Source: Pristiophorus japonicus (taxonomy: Eukaryota). From it: a stretch of DNA of 64,000 nucleotides. A program made the translations under genes and the position numbers. Each line of letters starts with the position of its first letter. The stretch's first letter is position 1. This document shows positions 12,922 to 25,195 of the stretch, piece by piece. The stretch lies in the NCBI RefSeq assembly GCF_044704955.1, contig NC_091984.1:145576001-145640000 (forward strand), in the 5' to 3' direction. Under the pieces are notes generated by a model that saw nothing but the letters and a program-made list of their open reading frames with translations, was not told where the DNA came from and searched no databases.

Positions 12922-13250
12922 CTACGCACATTCTGCTCTCCTGACTCCCTTGCTGAGGGGAGAGGAGAGGCTCTCGTGGGTGAGGCTGCAGGAGAAGCTG
13001 GCGTTGGACTCCCAGTCGGAGCCAGAGAGGGTCAGCAGGCTGCTGACACTGTAGGTGTTGTCCGAAGCTCGCAGGTAGTCGCTGGTCTGGACCCCGGCCG
13101 AAATGGTCGCCCCGTCCTTCTTCCACTCCATCTCCACCGCATCGGGGTAGAAGTGATCGGCGAGGCACACCAGGGTGGCAGTGCCCTTGGTCGTGACCTC
13201 CTCCGGGGAGGGGGGCAGCAGGGTCAACGTGGGTGGTGTCTTCCCTCGGC
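12922..13250 (-). CDS. IGKC: Ig kappa-type light-chain constant exon, intact, apparently orphan (C-left)
   Basis: Acceptor tctatttcag|GC CGA; (S)RGKTPPTLTLLPPSPEEVTTKGTATLVCLADHFYP..VEMEWKKDG..YSVSSLLTLS..W..FSCSLTHESLSSPLSKGVRRAECA*; C1-set Cys/Trp/Cys and penultimate Cys. Confidence 0.95.
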
Positions 13251-13499
13251 CTGAAATAGAGGAGAAGGATCTTTAGTAGGTGTATATTAGTGTGTGTGTG
13301 TGTGTCTCTGTGGGTGTTTCCGTGTGGGGATAATTCACATCTGATAACGGAGAGTTGGGTTAATGAACTCCTGGCTGGCGATTAACCATTAGAGGTGAGC
13401 AACACTAATTCTTAATCTTCTTTGCCTCGCTTGATAAGTTTAATATAAATGTAAATGCGTTTGAAGTTAAGGTTTTTAAAAAAAAAAAATCTTTCATTT

Positions 13500-13948
13500 C
13501 TATTATGCCTTTCACAACCACCGGACATCTCAAAGCACTTTTCAGCCAATGAAGTACTTTTGGAGTGTCGTCACTGTTGTCATGTGGGAAACACAGCAGT
13601 CAATCTGCGCACAGCAAGCTCCCACAAACAGCGATGTGATAATGACCTGATAATCTGTTCTTTTGTCATGTTGGTTGAGGGATAAATATTGACCAGGGCA
13701 CCGGGGAGAACTCCCCTGCTCTTCTTCAAAATAGGGGCATTGGATCTTTTACATCTATCTGAGAGGGCAGACGAGGCCTCAATTTAAAATTTCATCTGAA
13801 AGACGACACCTCCAACAGTGTTGCACTCCCTCAGCACTGCCCTGCAGTGTTAGCCTAGATTTTTGTGCTCAAATGCCTGGTGTGGGATTTGAACCCACAA
13901 TATTCTGAATCAGAGGCGAGAGTGCAACGCACTGAGCCACGGCTGATG
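13500..13948 (-). mobile_element. Deu-domain SINE in the C-proximal intron (paralogs 49370-49830 and 59890-60186)
   Basis: tRNA-like head with B-box (GGGTTCAAATCCC on the - strand), Deu core, L2-like tail. Confidence 0.8.
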
Positions 13949-14864
13949 CTCAAAATCATACTGGGGTGAGGTCAAGGGTGAGGCTACAATTAGCCTCAGT
14001 GTTCCAGGGTCAGGCAGGGTCACTGCTCCCAATGATCCCGTGACCTCCTGGAAGGTCAGAGTGCATGGACAATGGCCGAGGGTCAGGATCAGGGCCCTCC
14101 CACTTCAATGAAAGAAAGCCTTGAATTTATATCGCGCCTTTCACAACCTCAGGATGTCCCAAGGTGCTTTACAACCAATTGTACACAGGGAGATTTACGA
14201 GGATGTTGCCTGGACTGGAAAATTTTAGCTATGAAGAAAGATTGGATAGGCTGGGGTTGTTTTCTTTGGAATAGAGGAGTCTGAGGGGAGACCTTATTGA
14301 GTTGTATAATATTATGAGGGGCCGAGATAGAGTGGATAGGACGGACCTATTTCCTTAAGCAGATTGGCCAACAACCAGGGCATAGATTTTAAAGTAATTG
14401 CTCGGAGGTTTAGAGGGGATTTGAGGGGAAATGTCTTCACCCAGAGCGGGTGGGGGGTCTGGAAGTCACTGACTGAAAGGGTGGTAGAGGCAGAAACTCT
14501 CATCACTTTAAAAAATTACTTGGATGTACACTTGAAGTGCTGTAACCTACAGGGCTACGGACCAAGAGCTGAAAAGTATGATTAGGCTGGATAGATCTTT
14601 GCCGGCCAGTGCAGACACGATGGGTCGAATGGCCTCCTTTCACGCTGTAAATTTCTCTGATTCTATGAAGCTCCCAGACTGCAATGAGATCATGACCAGA
14701 TCATCGGCTTTAACTATGTTAGTTGTGGGATAAATATTGGCCAGGACACTGAGAAGAACCCCCATGCCCTTCCAATAATGATTATGAGATCTTTCATGTT
14801 CACTTAAGAGGGCAGATGGGAATTCGGTTTAACGTCTCATCTGAAAGACGGCACCTCTGACAGA

Positions 14865-17800
14865 GGGAGGATATGTTTGAAGGATCATCAAATGAGGCCA
14901 TATGGTTTAAACTGATGAACAGAAAAGGGACGATCACACTGCTGGGAGTGTACTATCGACCCCTAAACAGTCAGAGGAAGATAGAAGAGAAAATATGTCG
15001 GCAAATTGCTGAGAAGTGCAAAAACAATCGGGCAGCAATAGTCCCCTCACATTAACTGGGATGGAATCATGTCAAAGGTATAGAGGGTGCAGAATTCTTC
15101 AAATGAATTCAGGAGAACTTTTACAGCCAGTACGTAGCAAGCCCAGCAAGGGAGGCACAGTTCTGGGCTTAGTTTTTGGGAATGAAGCTGGGCAGGTGGA
15201 AGGGAGATCAGTGAGAGAGCATTGTGGTGCTCGTGATCATAATTCAGTTAGATTTAGTGTAGTTATGGAAAAGGACAAAGGTAGAGCAGGAATAAAGGTT
15301 CTCAATTGGGGAAAGGCCAATTTTACTAAGCTGAGAGGTGATTTAGCAAAAGTGGGCTGGAAACAGCTACTTGAAGGTAAATCAGTGTCAGAGCAGTGGG
15401 AGGCATTCAAGGGGGAGATAGTGAGGGTTCAGAGCAAGTATGTTCCCACAAAGGAAAAGGGTGGCACTCCCAAATCTAGAGCCCCCTGGATGCCAAAGGG
15501 CATACAGGATAGGTTATGGCAAAAAAGGGAAGCTTATGTCAGATACCCAGAGCTAAATACTGCAGAAAGCCCAGAGGTGTATAGAAAGTGCAGGGGTGAA
15601 ATTAAAAAGGAAATTCGAAATGCAAAGAGAGGGCATGAAAAAATACTGCCAAGTAAAATCAAGGAATACTCAAAGATGTTTTATAAATACATAAAGAGCA
15701 AGAGGATAACTAAAGAAAGAGTTGGGCCTATTGGAGACCAAAAAGGTACCCTGTGTGTGGAGGCGGAAGACGGGGGAATGGTTCTTAATGAATATTTTGC
15801 ATCTGTCTTCACAGAAGAGAGGGACGATGCAGACATTGTAATTAAGGAGGACAAGTGTGAAATATTAGATGAGATAAACATAGTGAGAGAAGAAGTATTA
15901 AGGAGCTTAGCATCTTTGATCGTAGAAAAATCACCAGGCCCGGATGAAATGTATCCCAGACTTTTAAGAGAAGCAAGCGGGGATATAGCAGAGGCCTTGA
16001 CCATCATTTTCCAATCTACTCTGGCTACAAGTGTGGTGCCGGAGGACTGGAGGACTGCTAACGTGTACCTTTGTTTGAAAAGTGAGAACGGGATAGACCG
16101 AGTAATTACAGGCCAGTCAGCCGAACCTTGGTGGAGGGAAAATTATTGGAAACAATAATTGTCATATAGAAAGGGACATATTAATCAAGGACAGTCAGCA
16201 TGGATTTATTCAGGGAAGGTCGTGCCTGACTAACTTGATTTAATTTTTTGCGAAGATAACAAGGAGAGTCGATGAGTTTTGCATCTTTGATGTCGTACAC
16301 ATGGACTTTTGCAAGGTTTTTGGTGAGGTCTCACATGGCAGAAAAGTAAAAAGCCCAGGGATCCAAGGGAAAGTGGCAAGTTGGATCCAAAATTGGCTCA
16401 GTGGCAGGAAGCAAAGTGTAATGATCAACGGGTGTTTTTGTGACTGGAAGGCTGTTTCATGTGGGGTTTCAAGCCAGGTTTGCTGATAATACAAAGATGG
16501 GAGGAAAAGCAATGTGTGATGAGGATACAAAAAACCTGCAAAAAGACAGACAGGCAAAGTGAGTGGGCAAAAATTTGGCAGATCGAGTATAATGTTGGAA
16601 AGTGTGAGGTTATGCACATTGGCAGAAAAAAAATCAAAGAGCAAGTTATTATTTCAATGGAGAAAAATTGCAAAGTGCTGTAGTACAGCGGGACCTGGGG
16701 GTACTTGTGCATGAAACACAAAAGGATAGTATGCAGGTTCAGCAAGTGATCAGGAAGGCCAATGGAATCTTGGCCATTATTGCAATGGGGATGGAGTATA
16801 AAAGCAGGGAAGTCTAGCTACAGTTATACAGGGTATTGGTGAGGCCATAGCTGGAATATTGCGTGCAGTTTTGGCTTCAATATTTAAGAAAGGATTGACT
16901 TGCTTTGGAGGCAGTTCAGAGAAGGTTCACTAGGTTGATTCCAGAGATGAGGGGGGTTGTCTTTTGAAGAAAAGTTGAGTAGCTTGGGCCTCGACTCATT
17001 GGAATTCAGAAGAATGAGAGGTGATCTTATCACATGTAAGATTATGAGGTGCCATGCAAGGTGGATGCAGAGAGGATGTTTCCACTGATAGGGGAGACTA
17101 GAACTAGGGGGCTTAATCTTAGAATAAGTGGCCGCCCATTTAAAACTGAGATGAGGAGGAATTTCTTCTCTCAGAATCTTTAATCTCTAAGTATTCTCTA
17201 ATCTCCAGATTACTCCCGGTGCCACGAGCTAATGAGTACAGAAATAGGAGGATAGAGCAGATGAATGCGTGACGGGAGAGATGGTGCAGGCGGGATGCTT
17301 TAGTTTCCTGAGGCATTGGGACCGCTTCTGGGGGAGGTGGGACCTGTACAAGCCGACCGGGTTGCTCCTCAACAGAGCCGGGACCAATAGCCACGAGTGG
17401 GGCATTTGCTCGTGCTGTTGGGGAGGGTTTAAACTAGCTTGGCAGGGGGATGGGAACCGGAGAATAGATTCAGTAGGGAGGCGAGTAAAGCTGGAATTAG
17501 AAAGCAAAAATAAGGAAAGTGAGTTTGAAGGAGAGAGGAAACAAGCAGATAAAAAGGGTAAAAAAACAAATTTAAAGGCACTTTGCCGAAATAACAAAAT
17601 AGCTGAGTTGATGGCACAAATAGATAAAATGAATATGATCTGATAGCCATTACAGAGACGTGGTTGCAAGGTGACCAGGACTGAGAACTAAATACTCAGG
17701 AGTCCTTGACAATCCGGAAAGGACAGACAGAAAGGTAAAGTAGGTGGGGTAGCTCTGTTGACAAAGGATGGAATTACTGCAATAGTGAGAAATTATATTG

Positions 17801-19028
17801 GCTCAAATGATCAGGATGTTGAAACTGTTTGGGAGGAGATGAGGAATAATAAGGGGAAAAAGTTACTGGTGGGCATAGTCTATAGGTCCCCTAACAGTAG
17901 CAACTCTGTTGGTCGGAGTATAAACCAAGAAATAGTGGGGGCTTGTAAAAATGGAACAGCAATAATTATGGGTGATTTCAACCTCCACATTGATTGGATA
18001 AATCAAATTGGTCAGGGTAGTCTTGAGGAAGAGTTCATAGAGTACATAAGGGACGGGTTCCTTGAGCAGTCTATAATGGAACCACCCAGGGGGCAGGCTA
18101 TCTTAGATCTGGTCCTGTGTAATGAGACAGGATTAATAAACAATCTCCCAGTAAAGGATCCCCTTGGACTGAGTGATGATAACATGGTTCAATTTCAAAT
18201 TCAGATGGAGGGTGAGAAAGATGGATCTCTAACCAGCTTACTAAGCTTAAATAAAGGAGACTACAAAGGTATAAGTGCAGAATTGGCTAAAATGGACTGG
18301 GAAAATAGATTAAAGTGTAGGACGGCTGATGAACAGTGGCGTACATATGAAGGAGATATTTCACAACTCTCAAGAAAAATATATTCTAGTGAGGAGGAAA
18401 GGGTGCAAAAGAAAAAAGATAGCCATCCGTGCCTAACTGAAGAAATAAAGAAAGGTATCCAATTAAAAACAAGGGCATACAAAGTGGCCAAAACTAGTGG
18501 AAGGACAGAAGATTGGGAAGCTTTTAAAAGCCAACAAAGAATGACTAAAAAAATGATTAAGAAAGGGAAGATAGACGATGAAAGTAAACGAGCACAAAAT
18601 ATAAAAACAGATAGCAAGAGTTTCTATCGGTATATAAAAAGGAAAAGAGTGGCCAAAGTAAATGATGGTCCCTGAGAGGACAAAACCAGGGAATTAGTGA
18701 TGAGGAACATGGAGATGGCAGAAACTCTGAACAAAGATTTTGTATCAGTCTTTACGGTAGAGGACACTGAGATGAGGAGGAATTTCTTCTCTCAGAGGGT
18801 TGTAAATCTGTGGAATTTGCTGCCTCAGAGAGCTGTGGAGGCTGGGTCATTGAATATATTTAAGACAGAGATAGACAGTTTCATAACCAATAAGGGAATA
18901 AGGGGTTATGGGGAGCGGGCAGGGAAGTTGACCTGAGTCCATGATCGGATTGGCCATGATCGTATTAAATGGTGGAGCAGGCTCGAGGGGCTGTGTGGCC
19001 TACTCCTGCTCCTATTTCGTATGTTCTT
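14865..19028 (+). mobile_element. Stack of degenerate CR1 fragments (junctions at ~16465, ~17180, ~18765)
   Basis: Endonuclease motifs (GVYYRP, IIMGDFN, LDLVLCN), RT motifs and an ORF1 remnant; abrupt VEDT|EMRRNFF junction indicates an internal deletion. Confidence 0.9.
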
Positions 19029-19123
19029 AAAATGAGGAGGAGTGGGACTAATTGGGTAAATCTTTCAAAGAGCCGGCACAGGCATGATGGGCCGAATGGC
19101 CTCCTTCTGTGCTGTAAGATTCT

Positions 19124-19365
19124 AGGCTGTGAGCGCGGTTCACAGTTTTCTCCCGTGTCATTAACAAACATACAGCTGTGACAACCTCTTTCTTTCACTT
19201 CCTCTGTGGGTGAAGTTTCATTCTTCCGATCTGACAATCTCTTCAGTTATTCTTTGCACGGGGGATTTCTGCTGTGGTCTGAGTCTCTAATAATAACCGT
19301 CCAATCAGGCAGAATAACAGCAGCTCGGACCGGCTAGGACAGCGGACCCAGGCTCAGTGCTGACC
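19124..19365 (-). promoter_or_regulatory. Candidate B-cell regulatory module, mirror copy
   Basis: Ets-IRF composite TTTCACTTCCTC 19193-19204, E-box CAGCTG 19173-19178, kB-like GGGGATTTCT 19261-19270, CCAAT 19301-19305; inverted paralog of 29315-29552. Confidence 0.5.
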
Positions 19366-19599
19366 CTGCAACGTCCTCCTTACCAACATCTGGGGACTTG
19401 TGCCAAAAGTGGGAGAGCTGCCCCACAGACTAGTCAAGCACCAGTTTGACATAGTCCTGCTCACAGAATCATACCTTTCAGCCAATGTCCTACTGCACTC
19501 CCACCACTGACCTTCCTGCCCCCGAAATCCCTGAATCCTTAAACAGGAACCCGTTTGAAGAACAGTTTGTATTGAAGTTCTGGGTGTGAAAGAGTCTTT

Positions 19600-22500
19600 G
19601 CTGAGAAAACAATCACTATCACGAGAGAAAAAGTTACTCGGTAAAATAATGGAACTAAAGGTGGACAAGTCCCCTGTACCTGATGGCCTGCATCCTAGGC
19701 TCTTAAATGAAGTGGCTGCAGAGATAGTGGATGCATTGGTTGAAATGCATCAGAGGGTCTAGTGAGGAGGAGGAACTGAAGGATATCCTTGTTCGGCGGG
19801 AAATTGTGTAAGTGAAATTGATGGGATTGAAGGCCGATAAATCCCCGGGGCCTGATAGTCTGCATCCCAGAGTACTTAAGGATGTGGCCCTAGAAATAGC
19901 GGATGCATTTGTGATAATTTTCCAACAGTCTACTGACTCTGGATCAGTTCCTTTGGACTGGAGGGTAGCTAATGTAACACCACTTTTTAAAAAGGGAGGG
20001 AGAGAGAAAGTGGGTAATTATTGATCGGTTAACCTGACATCAGTAGTGGGGAAAATGTTGGAATCAATTATTAAGGATGAAATAGCAGCGCAATTGGAAA
20101 GCAGTGACAGGATTGGTCCAAGTCAGCATGGATTTATAAAGGGGAAATCATGCTTGACAAATCTTCTGGAATTTTTTGAGGATGTAACTGAGAGTAGACA
20201 AGGGAGAACCAGTGGATGTGGTGTATTTGGACTTTCAAAAGGCTTTTGACTAGATCCCACACAGGAGATTGGTGTGCAAAATCAAAGCACTTGGTATTGG
20301 GGGTAATATACTGATGCGGATAGAGAACTGGTTGGCAGACAGGAAGCAGAGAGTCGGGATAAATTGGTCCTTTTCAGAATGGTAGGCAGTGACTAGTGGA
20401 GTGCCACAGGGCTCAGTGCTGGGACCCCAGCTCTTTACAATATACATCAATGATTTGGATGAAGGAATTGAGTGTAATATCTCCAAGTTTGCAGATTACA
20501 CTAAACTGGGTGGCAGTGTGAGCTGTGAGAGGGACGCTAGGAGGCTGCAGGGTGAATTGGACAGGTTAGGTGAGTGGGCAAATGAATGGCAGATGCAGTA
20601 TAATGTGGATAAATGTGAGGTTATCCACTTTGGGGGTAAAAATGCGAAGACAGAATATTATCTGAATGGTGGCAGATTTGGAAAAGGGGAGGTGCAACGA
20701 GACCTGGGTGTCATGGTTCATCAGTCATTGAAAGTTGGCATACAGGTACAGCAAGCAGTGAGGAAGGCAAATGGTATGTTGGCCTTCATTGCTAGGCGAT
20801 TTGAGTACAGGAGCAGGGAGGCCTTACTGCAGTTGTACAGGGCCTTAGTGAGGCCTCACCTGGAATATTATGTTCAGTTTTGGTCTCCTAATCTGAGGAA
20901 GGACGTTCTTGCTATTGAGGGAGTGCAGCGAAGGTTCATCAGACTGATTCCCGGGATGGCTGGACTGACATATGAGGAGAGACTGGATCAACTGGGCCTG
21001 TATTCACTGGAGTTTAGAAGGATGAGATGAGATCTCATAGAAACATATAAAATTCTGACGAGACTGGACAGGTTAGATGTGGGAAGAATGTTCCCAATGT
21101 TGGGGAAGTCCAGAACCAGGGGACACAGTCTTAGGATAAGGGGTAGGCCATTTAGGACTGCGATGAGGAGAAACTTCTTCAATCAGAGAGTTGTTAACCT
21201 GTGGAATTCCCTGCCGCAGAGATTTGTTGATGCCAGTTCATTAGGTATATTCAAGAGGGAGTTAGATATGGCCCTTACTGCTAAGGGGATCAAGGGATAT
21301 GGAGAGAAAGCAGGAAAGGGGTACTAAGGGAATGATCAGCCATGATCTTATTGAATGGTGGTGCAGGCTCGAAGGGCCGAATGGCCGACTCCTGCACCTA
21401 TTTTCTATGTTTCTATGTAAATCGACCAAAGTTCCCTGGATTCTGGAGATGTCCCAGCAGATTGGAAAACCGCAAATATAACGACCCTATTTAAAAAAGG
21501 AAGGAGACAGAAAACAGTAAACTATAGACCAGTTAGCCTAACATCTGTCGTTGGGAAAATGCTGGTGTCCATTATTAAGAAAGCAGTAATAGGACATTTG
21601 GAAAAGCATAATTCAGTCAAGCAGAGTCAGTATGGACTTATGAAAGGGAAATCATGTTTGACACATTTGCTGGAGTTCTTTGAGGAAGTAATGTGCAGGG
21701 TGGATATGGGGGAACAAGTGGATGCAGTGTATTTGGATTTCCAGAAGGGATTCAATAAGGTGCCACATAAAAAAATACCGGACACGATAAGAGAACACGG
21801 GGTTGGTGCTAATATATTAGCATGGTTAGAGGATTGGCTAACTAACAGAAAACAGAGAGTCAAGATAAATGGGTCATTTTCTGGTCAGCAACCAGTAACT
21901 CGTGGGGTTTCACAGGGATCGGTGTTGGGGCCTCACCTATTTACAATCTATATTAATAACTTGGATGAATGGAATGAGTGTAAAAAATCGAAGAGCAAAT
22001 TATTATTTAAATGGAGAAAGATTACAAAATGTTGTGGGACAGAGGGACCTGGGGGCCCTTGTGTATGAAACACAAAAAGTTAGTATGCAGATACAGCAAG
22101 TCATCAGGAAGCAAATGGAATGTTGGCCTTAATTGCAAGGGGGATGGAGTATAAAAGCAGGGAAGTCCTGCTACATCTGTACAGGGTATTGGTGAGACCA
22201 CACCGAGAGTACTGTGTACAGTTTTGGTCTCCTTATGTAAGGAGGGATATATTTGCACTGGAGGCAGTTCAGAGAAGGTTCACAAGGTTGATTCCTGAGA
22301 TGAAGGGGCTGACTTATAAAGAAAGGTTGAACAGGTTCATCAGAACATAAGAAATAGGAACAGGAGTAGGACATACGGCCCCTCCGCCATTCAATAAGGT
22401 CATGGCTGATCTGATCATGGACTCAGCTCAACTTCCACGCCTGCTCCACATATTCTTGTAAACTCCAAAGAGTATGAGAGGTGAACTTATTGAAACATAT

Positions 22501-22875
22501 AAGATTCTGAGGGGACTCGACAAGATAGATGCAGTGAGGATGTTTCCACTCATAGGGGAACCTAGAACGAGCGGGCAGAGTTTAAGTATAAGGGGTCGGT
22601 CATTTGGAACTGAGATGAGGAGGAATTTCTTCTCTCAGAGGGTTGTAAATCTGTGCAATTCTCTGCCCCAGAGAGCTGTGGAGGCTGGGTCATTGAATAT
22701 ATTGAAGGTGGCGATAGACGGATTTTTGAACGATAAGGCAGTAAAGGGTTCTGGGTAGCAGGCAGGGAAGTGGAGCTGAGCCCATTATCAGATCAGCCAT
22801 GATCTTATTGAATGGCGGAGCAGGCTCGAGGGGCCAAATGGCCGAGTCCTGCTCCTATTTCTTATGTTCTTATGA
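19600..22875 (+). mobile_element. Tandem CR1 ORF2 fragments (young subfamily to ~21420, older subfamily after)
   Basis: GVPQGSVLGPQLFTIYINDLD..KFADYTKL RT core (20389-21030); 3' tails at ~21415 and ~22870. Confidence 0.9.
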
Positions 22876-23360
22876 TTCTTTGGCCTAGAATTTCCCTGGT
22901 CTAGCACCAGCCAATAAGAGGGTTTTGTTCAAATAATCGCAGCCACCTTGCTTGCGGCCCGGGACACGTCATCCACCATTTTGGTAAGGGCCGTACCGCT
23001 GTCGTTGGCAGCACTCGCCTCACAATGTGGATTGTCAGATGGTGACACCAATGCCTGGCTCGAGCCACGACTGTTAATTGGGGCGTTTGCGCTCACCATA
23101 TGGCCCTGCCCTAAGCACACACAGAAAAGCAGGCATGAAGCAGCCCTGCACAGATGCTGTTGGTGCTTCTTAACGGGGCACACATCTTTCAGGTATGTTT
23201 GCATTTAAGCTCTGGTCTGTTTTAAACAATATATTTTATGGAAGTAGTAGCTTGGTGCAATAAATGTTAAATATTTTCTCAGTGTGCAGGGAATGCAAGG
23301 GGTGCTGCTGGACGTGTTCAAGGCCTTGGGTGGTAAAGAAAGGTCCCTGGAAAGACTGAG

Positions 23361-23490
23361 AATGCTGGAAATACTCAGCAGGTCAGGCAGCATCCATGGA
23401 GAGAGACAGAATTAACGTTTCAACTCAAGCTGCTGTCTGACCTGCTGAGTATTTCCAGCATTTACTGTCTTTATTTCAGATTTCTAGCTT
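23361..23490. repeat. Palindromic repeat fragment, probably a Penelope-like terminal repeat
   Basis: 31-bp inverted arms 23361-23391 and 23432-23462 (1 mismatch) around a 40-bp loop. Confidence 0.6.
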
Positions 23491-24139
23491 CTGCTCCAAA
23501 GGGAGGAGGAGGAAGTGGAAGGAAGGAGGCAACCCAGACAGCCACTTCATGGCCGGGATATCCGGGATCGAATCATCCGCCTGTGGTCCCAGTGACCACA
23601 TCCCCAATCCCCTTTCAACATTAGTCCCATACCTTACCGTCCCTCTGTTACTGACCATCACAGCGTCCTCTTGGCCACAGTGCTGAAATAAAATCGTGAA
23701 TCTTCGGAAATCTCTATTCCAGAGAGCTGTGGAGGCTAGGTCATTGAATATATTTAAGATGGAGATAGACAGATTCTTGAACTACGGGGAGTCACAGGTT
23801 GTGGGGAACAGGTGGGGAAGTGGAGTTGAGGCCAAGATCAGATCAGCCATTACCTTATTGAATGGTGGACCAGCTCGAGAGGCCGTACGGCCCACTCCTG
23901 TTCCTTTCCCTTATATTCTTGTGTATGAGTCCTGATTGCTAGAGTTTGTTGGTAGGTGGGTGATGGGAGCGTGGTGCATTGAGCAGCGTGTGAGGCTAGT
24001 GGTGCTGTTGGTGGGACACGGACTTTGAAGATGAATTTGCCGACCTTGACCACTCCGTTAGGTCATTGAACATTTGGTGGCACTGTATCCAGGTCCTCAG
24101 GTCCTGGTCTCACTGCCTTTGAAACGTTTGTCTGGTGCA

Positions 24140-25195
24140 GCCTCCTCGCCCCCTTGGATAGAGAACATCTCTACCCCCTCTGCACCTCCTCGCTTGGTGG
24201 CAACACTGTTTCAGACCCTGATGAGTTCCTGGTAAAAGACATGCAGCCCCGCATGGTGCTCCTGATGACCCTAGGCTCACAAACAGGAGCTGCGTGTCAT
24301 AATTGAGGCAGTACTGCTGGCGGAAGAAATATGTCATCAGCGCACACCATCTCGGAAGGGGCTCGACGTACAGGTATCTCTGCAGGATCTGAAGACGGAA
24401 AGTCGCATGCTGGGTACTGACGCACACCAACGCCTGACCGCCCTCCCTAAGTAGGAGACTCAGAACACAGCAGAGACCCAGTGCTTCCTGTTATCCAGAA
24501 GAAGTCCACCAGCTTCTTCTGTATCTTGGCGACAAAAGCAGGGCCGGGGGGGGGGGGGGGCAAAGTGACCAGCCAGTACCACAGCATAGCGGCCACTAGC
24601 TGGTTTATGACTAGCGCTCGACCCCTGTAGGACAGCACTTGGAGCAGTCCTGTCCAGCGCCCTCGGCGAGCGGCAACTTTGTCCTCCAGCTCCTGCTAGT
24701 TCACCGGCCAGGCTTCCTCATCAGGGCTAAGGTAGACTCCCAGATAGAGGAGATGGGTCATGCTCCAGGCAAAAGACCTGAACTCCTCTGGCAGGGAGTT
24801 CATCTGCCAGTGACCGACCAGGAGTCCGGAACATTTCTCCCAATTGATCCTGGCGGAGGATACTGCTGAGTAAATCTCCTGGCACTCATGCATCCTCAGT
24901 AGGTCAATGGGATCCTCGACCATGAGGAGCACATCATCTGTGTAAGCTGAGAGGACAACCTCCACGCCCGGCCCTCACAGAGCCAGTCCTGTCAACCTCT
25001 TCCGCAAGAGGCGCAGGAAAGGCTCCACGCAGATGGCATATAACTGGCCAGACATTGGGCATCCCTGGCACACCCCTTTCCCAAAGCGAAGGGACGCCAT
25101 CAAAGACCAGTTAACCGTAATCAGACAATCCATGGCGGCATACAAAAGTCAAATCCGGGCGACGAAATGTGTCCCAAACCCGAAAGCATGCAGAG
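24140..25195 (-). mobile_element. Tx1-like L1-clade RT fragment
   Basis: LSAYTDDV, SARINWEKCSGL, YLGVYL, LSYRGRALVINQLVAAMLWY; homologous to 43975-45715. Confidence 0.85.

Larger units (their letters stand above)
10690..16465 (-). repeat. Left arm of an inverted segmental duplication (partner ~46525-51560)
   Basis: Collinear reverse-complement match covering the unique 3' flank, C exon, 3' part of the J-C intron and shared SINE/CR1 junctions; roughly 90-95% identical outside the exon. Confidence 0.92.

Noticed and set aside
13880-13948. tRNA gene (A/B-box-like motifs; also ~49370-49440 and ~59890-59955)
   Set aside because: These are tRNA-derived SINE heads continuous with the Deu core and tail; no complete cloverleaf is evident.
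15016-18675. Long ORFs (380 aa, 305 aa) as host genes
   Set aside because: They are CR1 endonuclease/RT fragments with frameshifts and multiple paralogs in the window.
23361-23462. Hairpin as a pre-miRNA or as the symmetry centre of the inverted duplication
   Set aside because: It resembles a common shark palindromic repeat end, and the flanks on either side are not mirror images.
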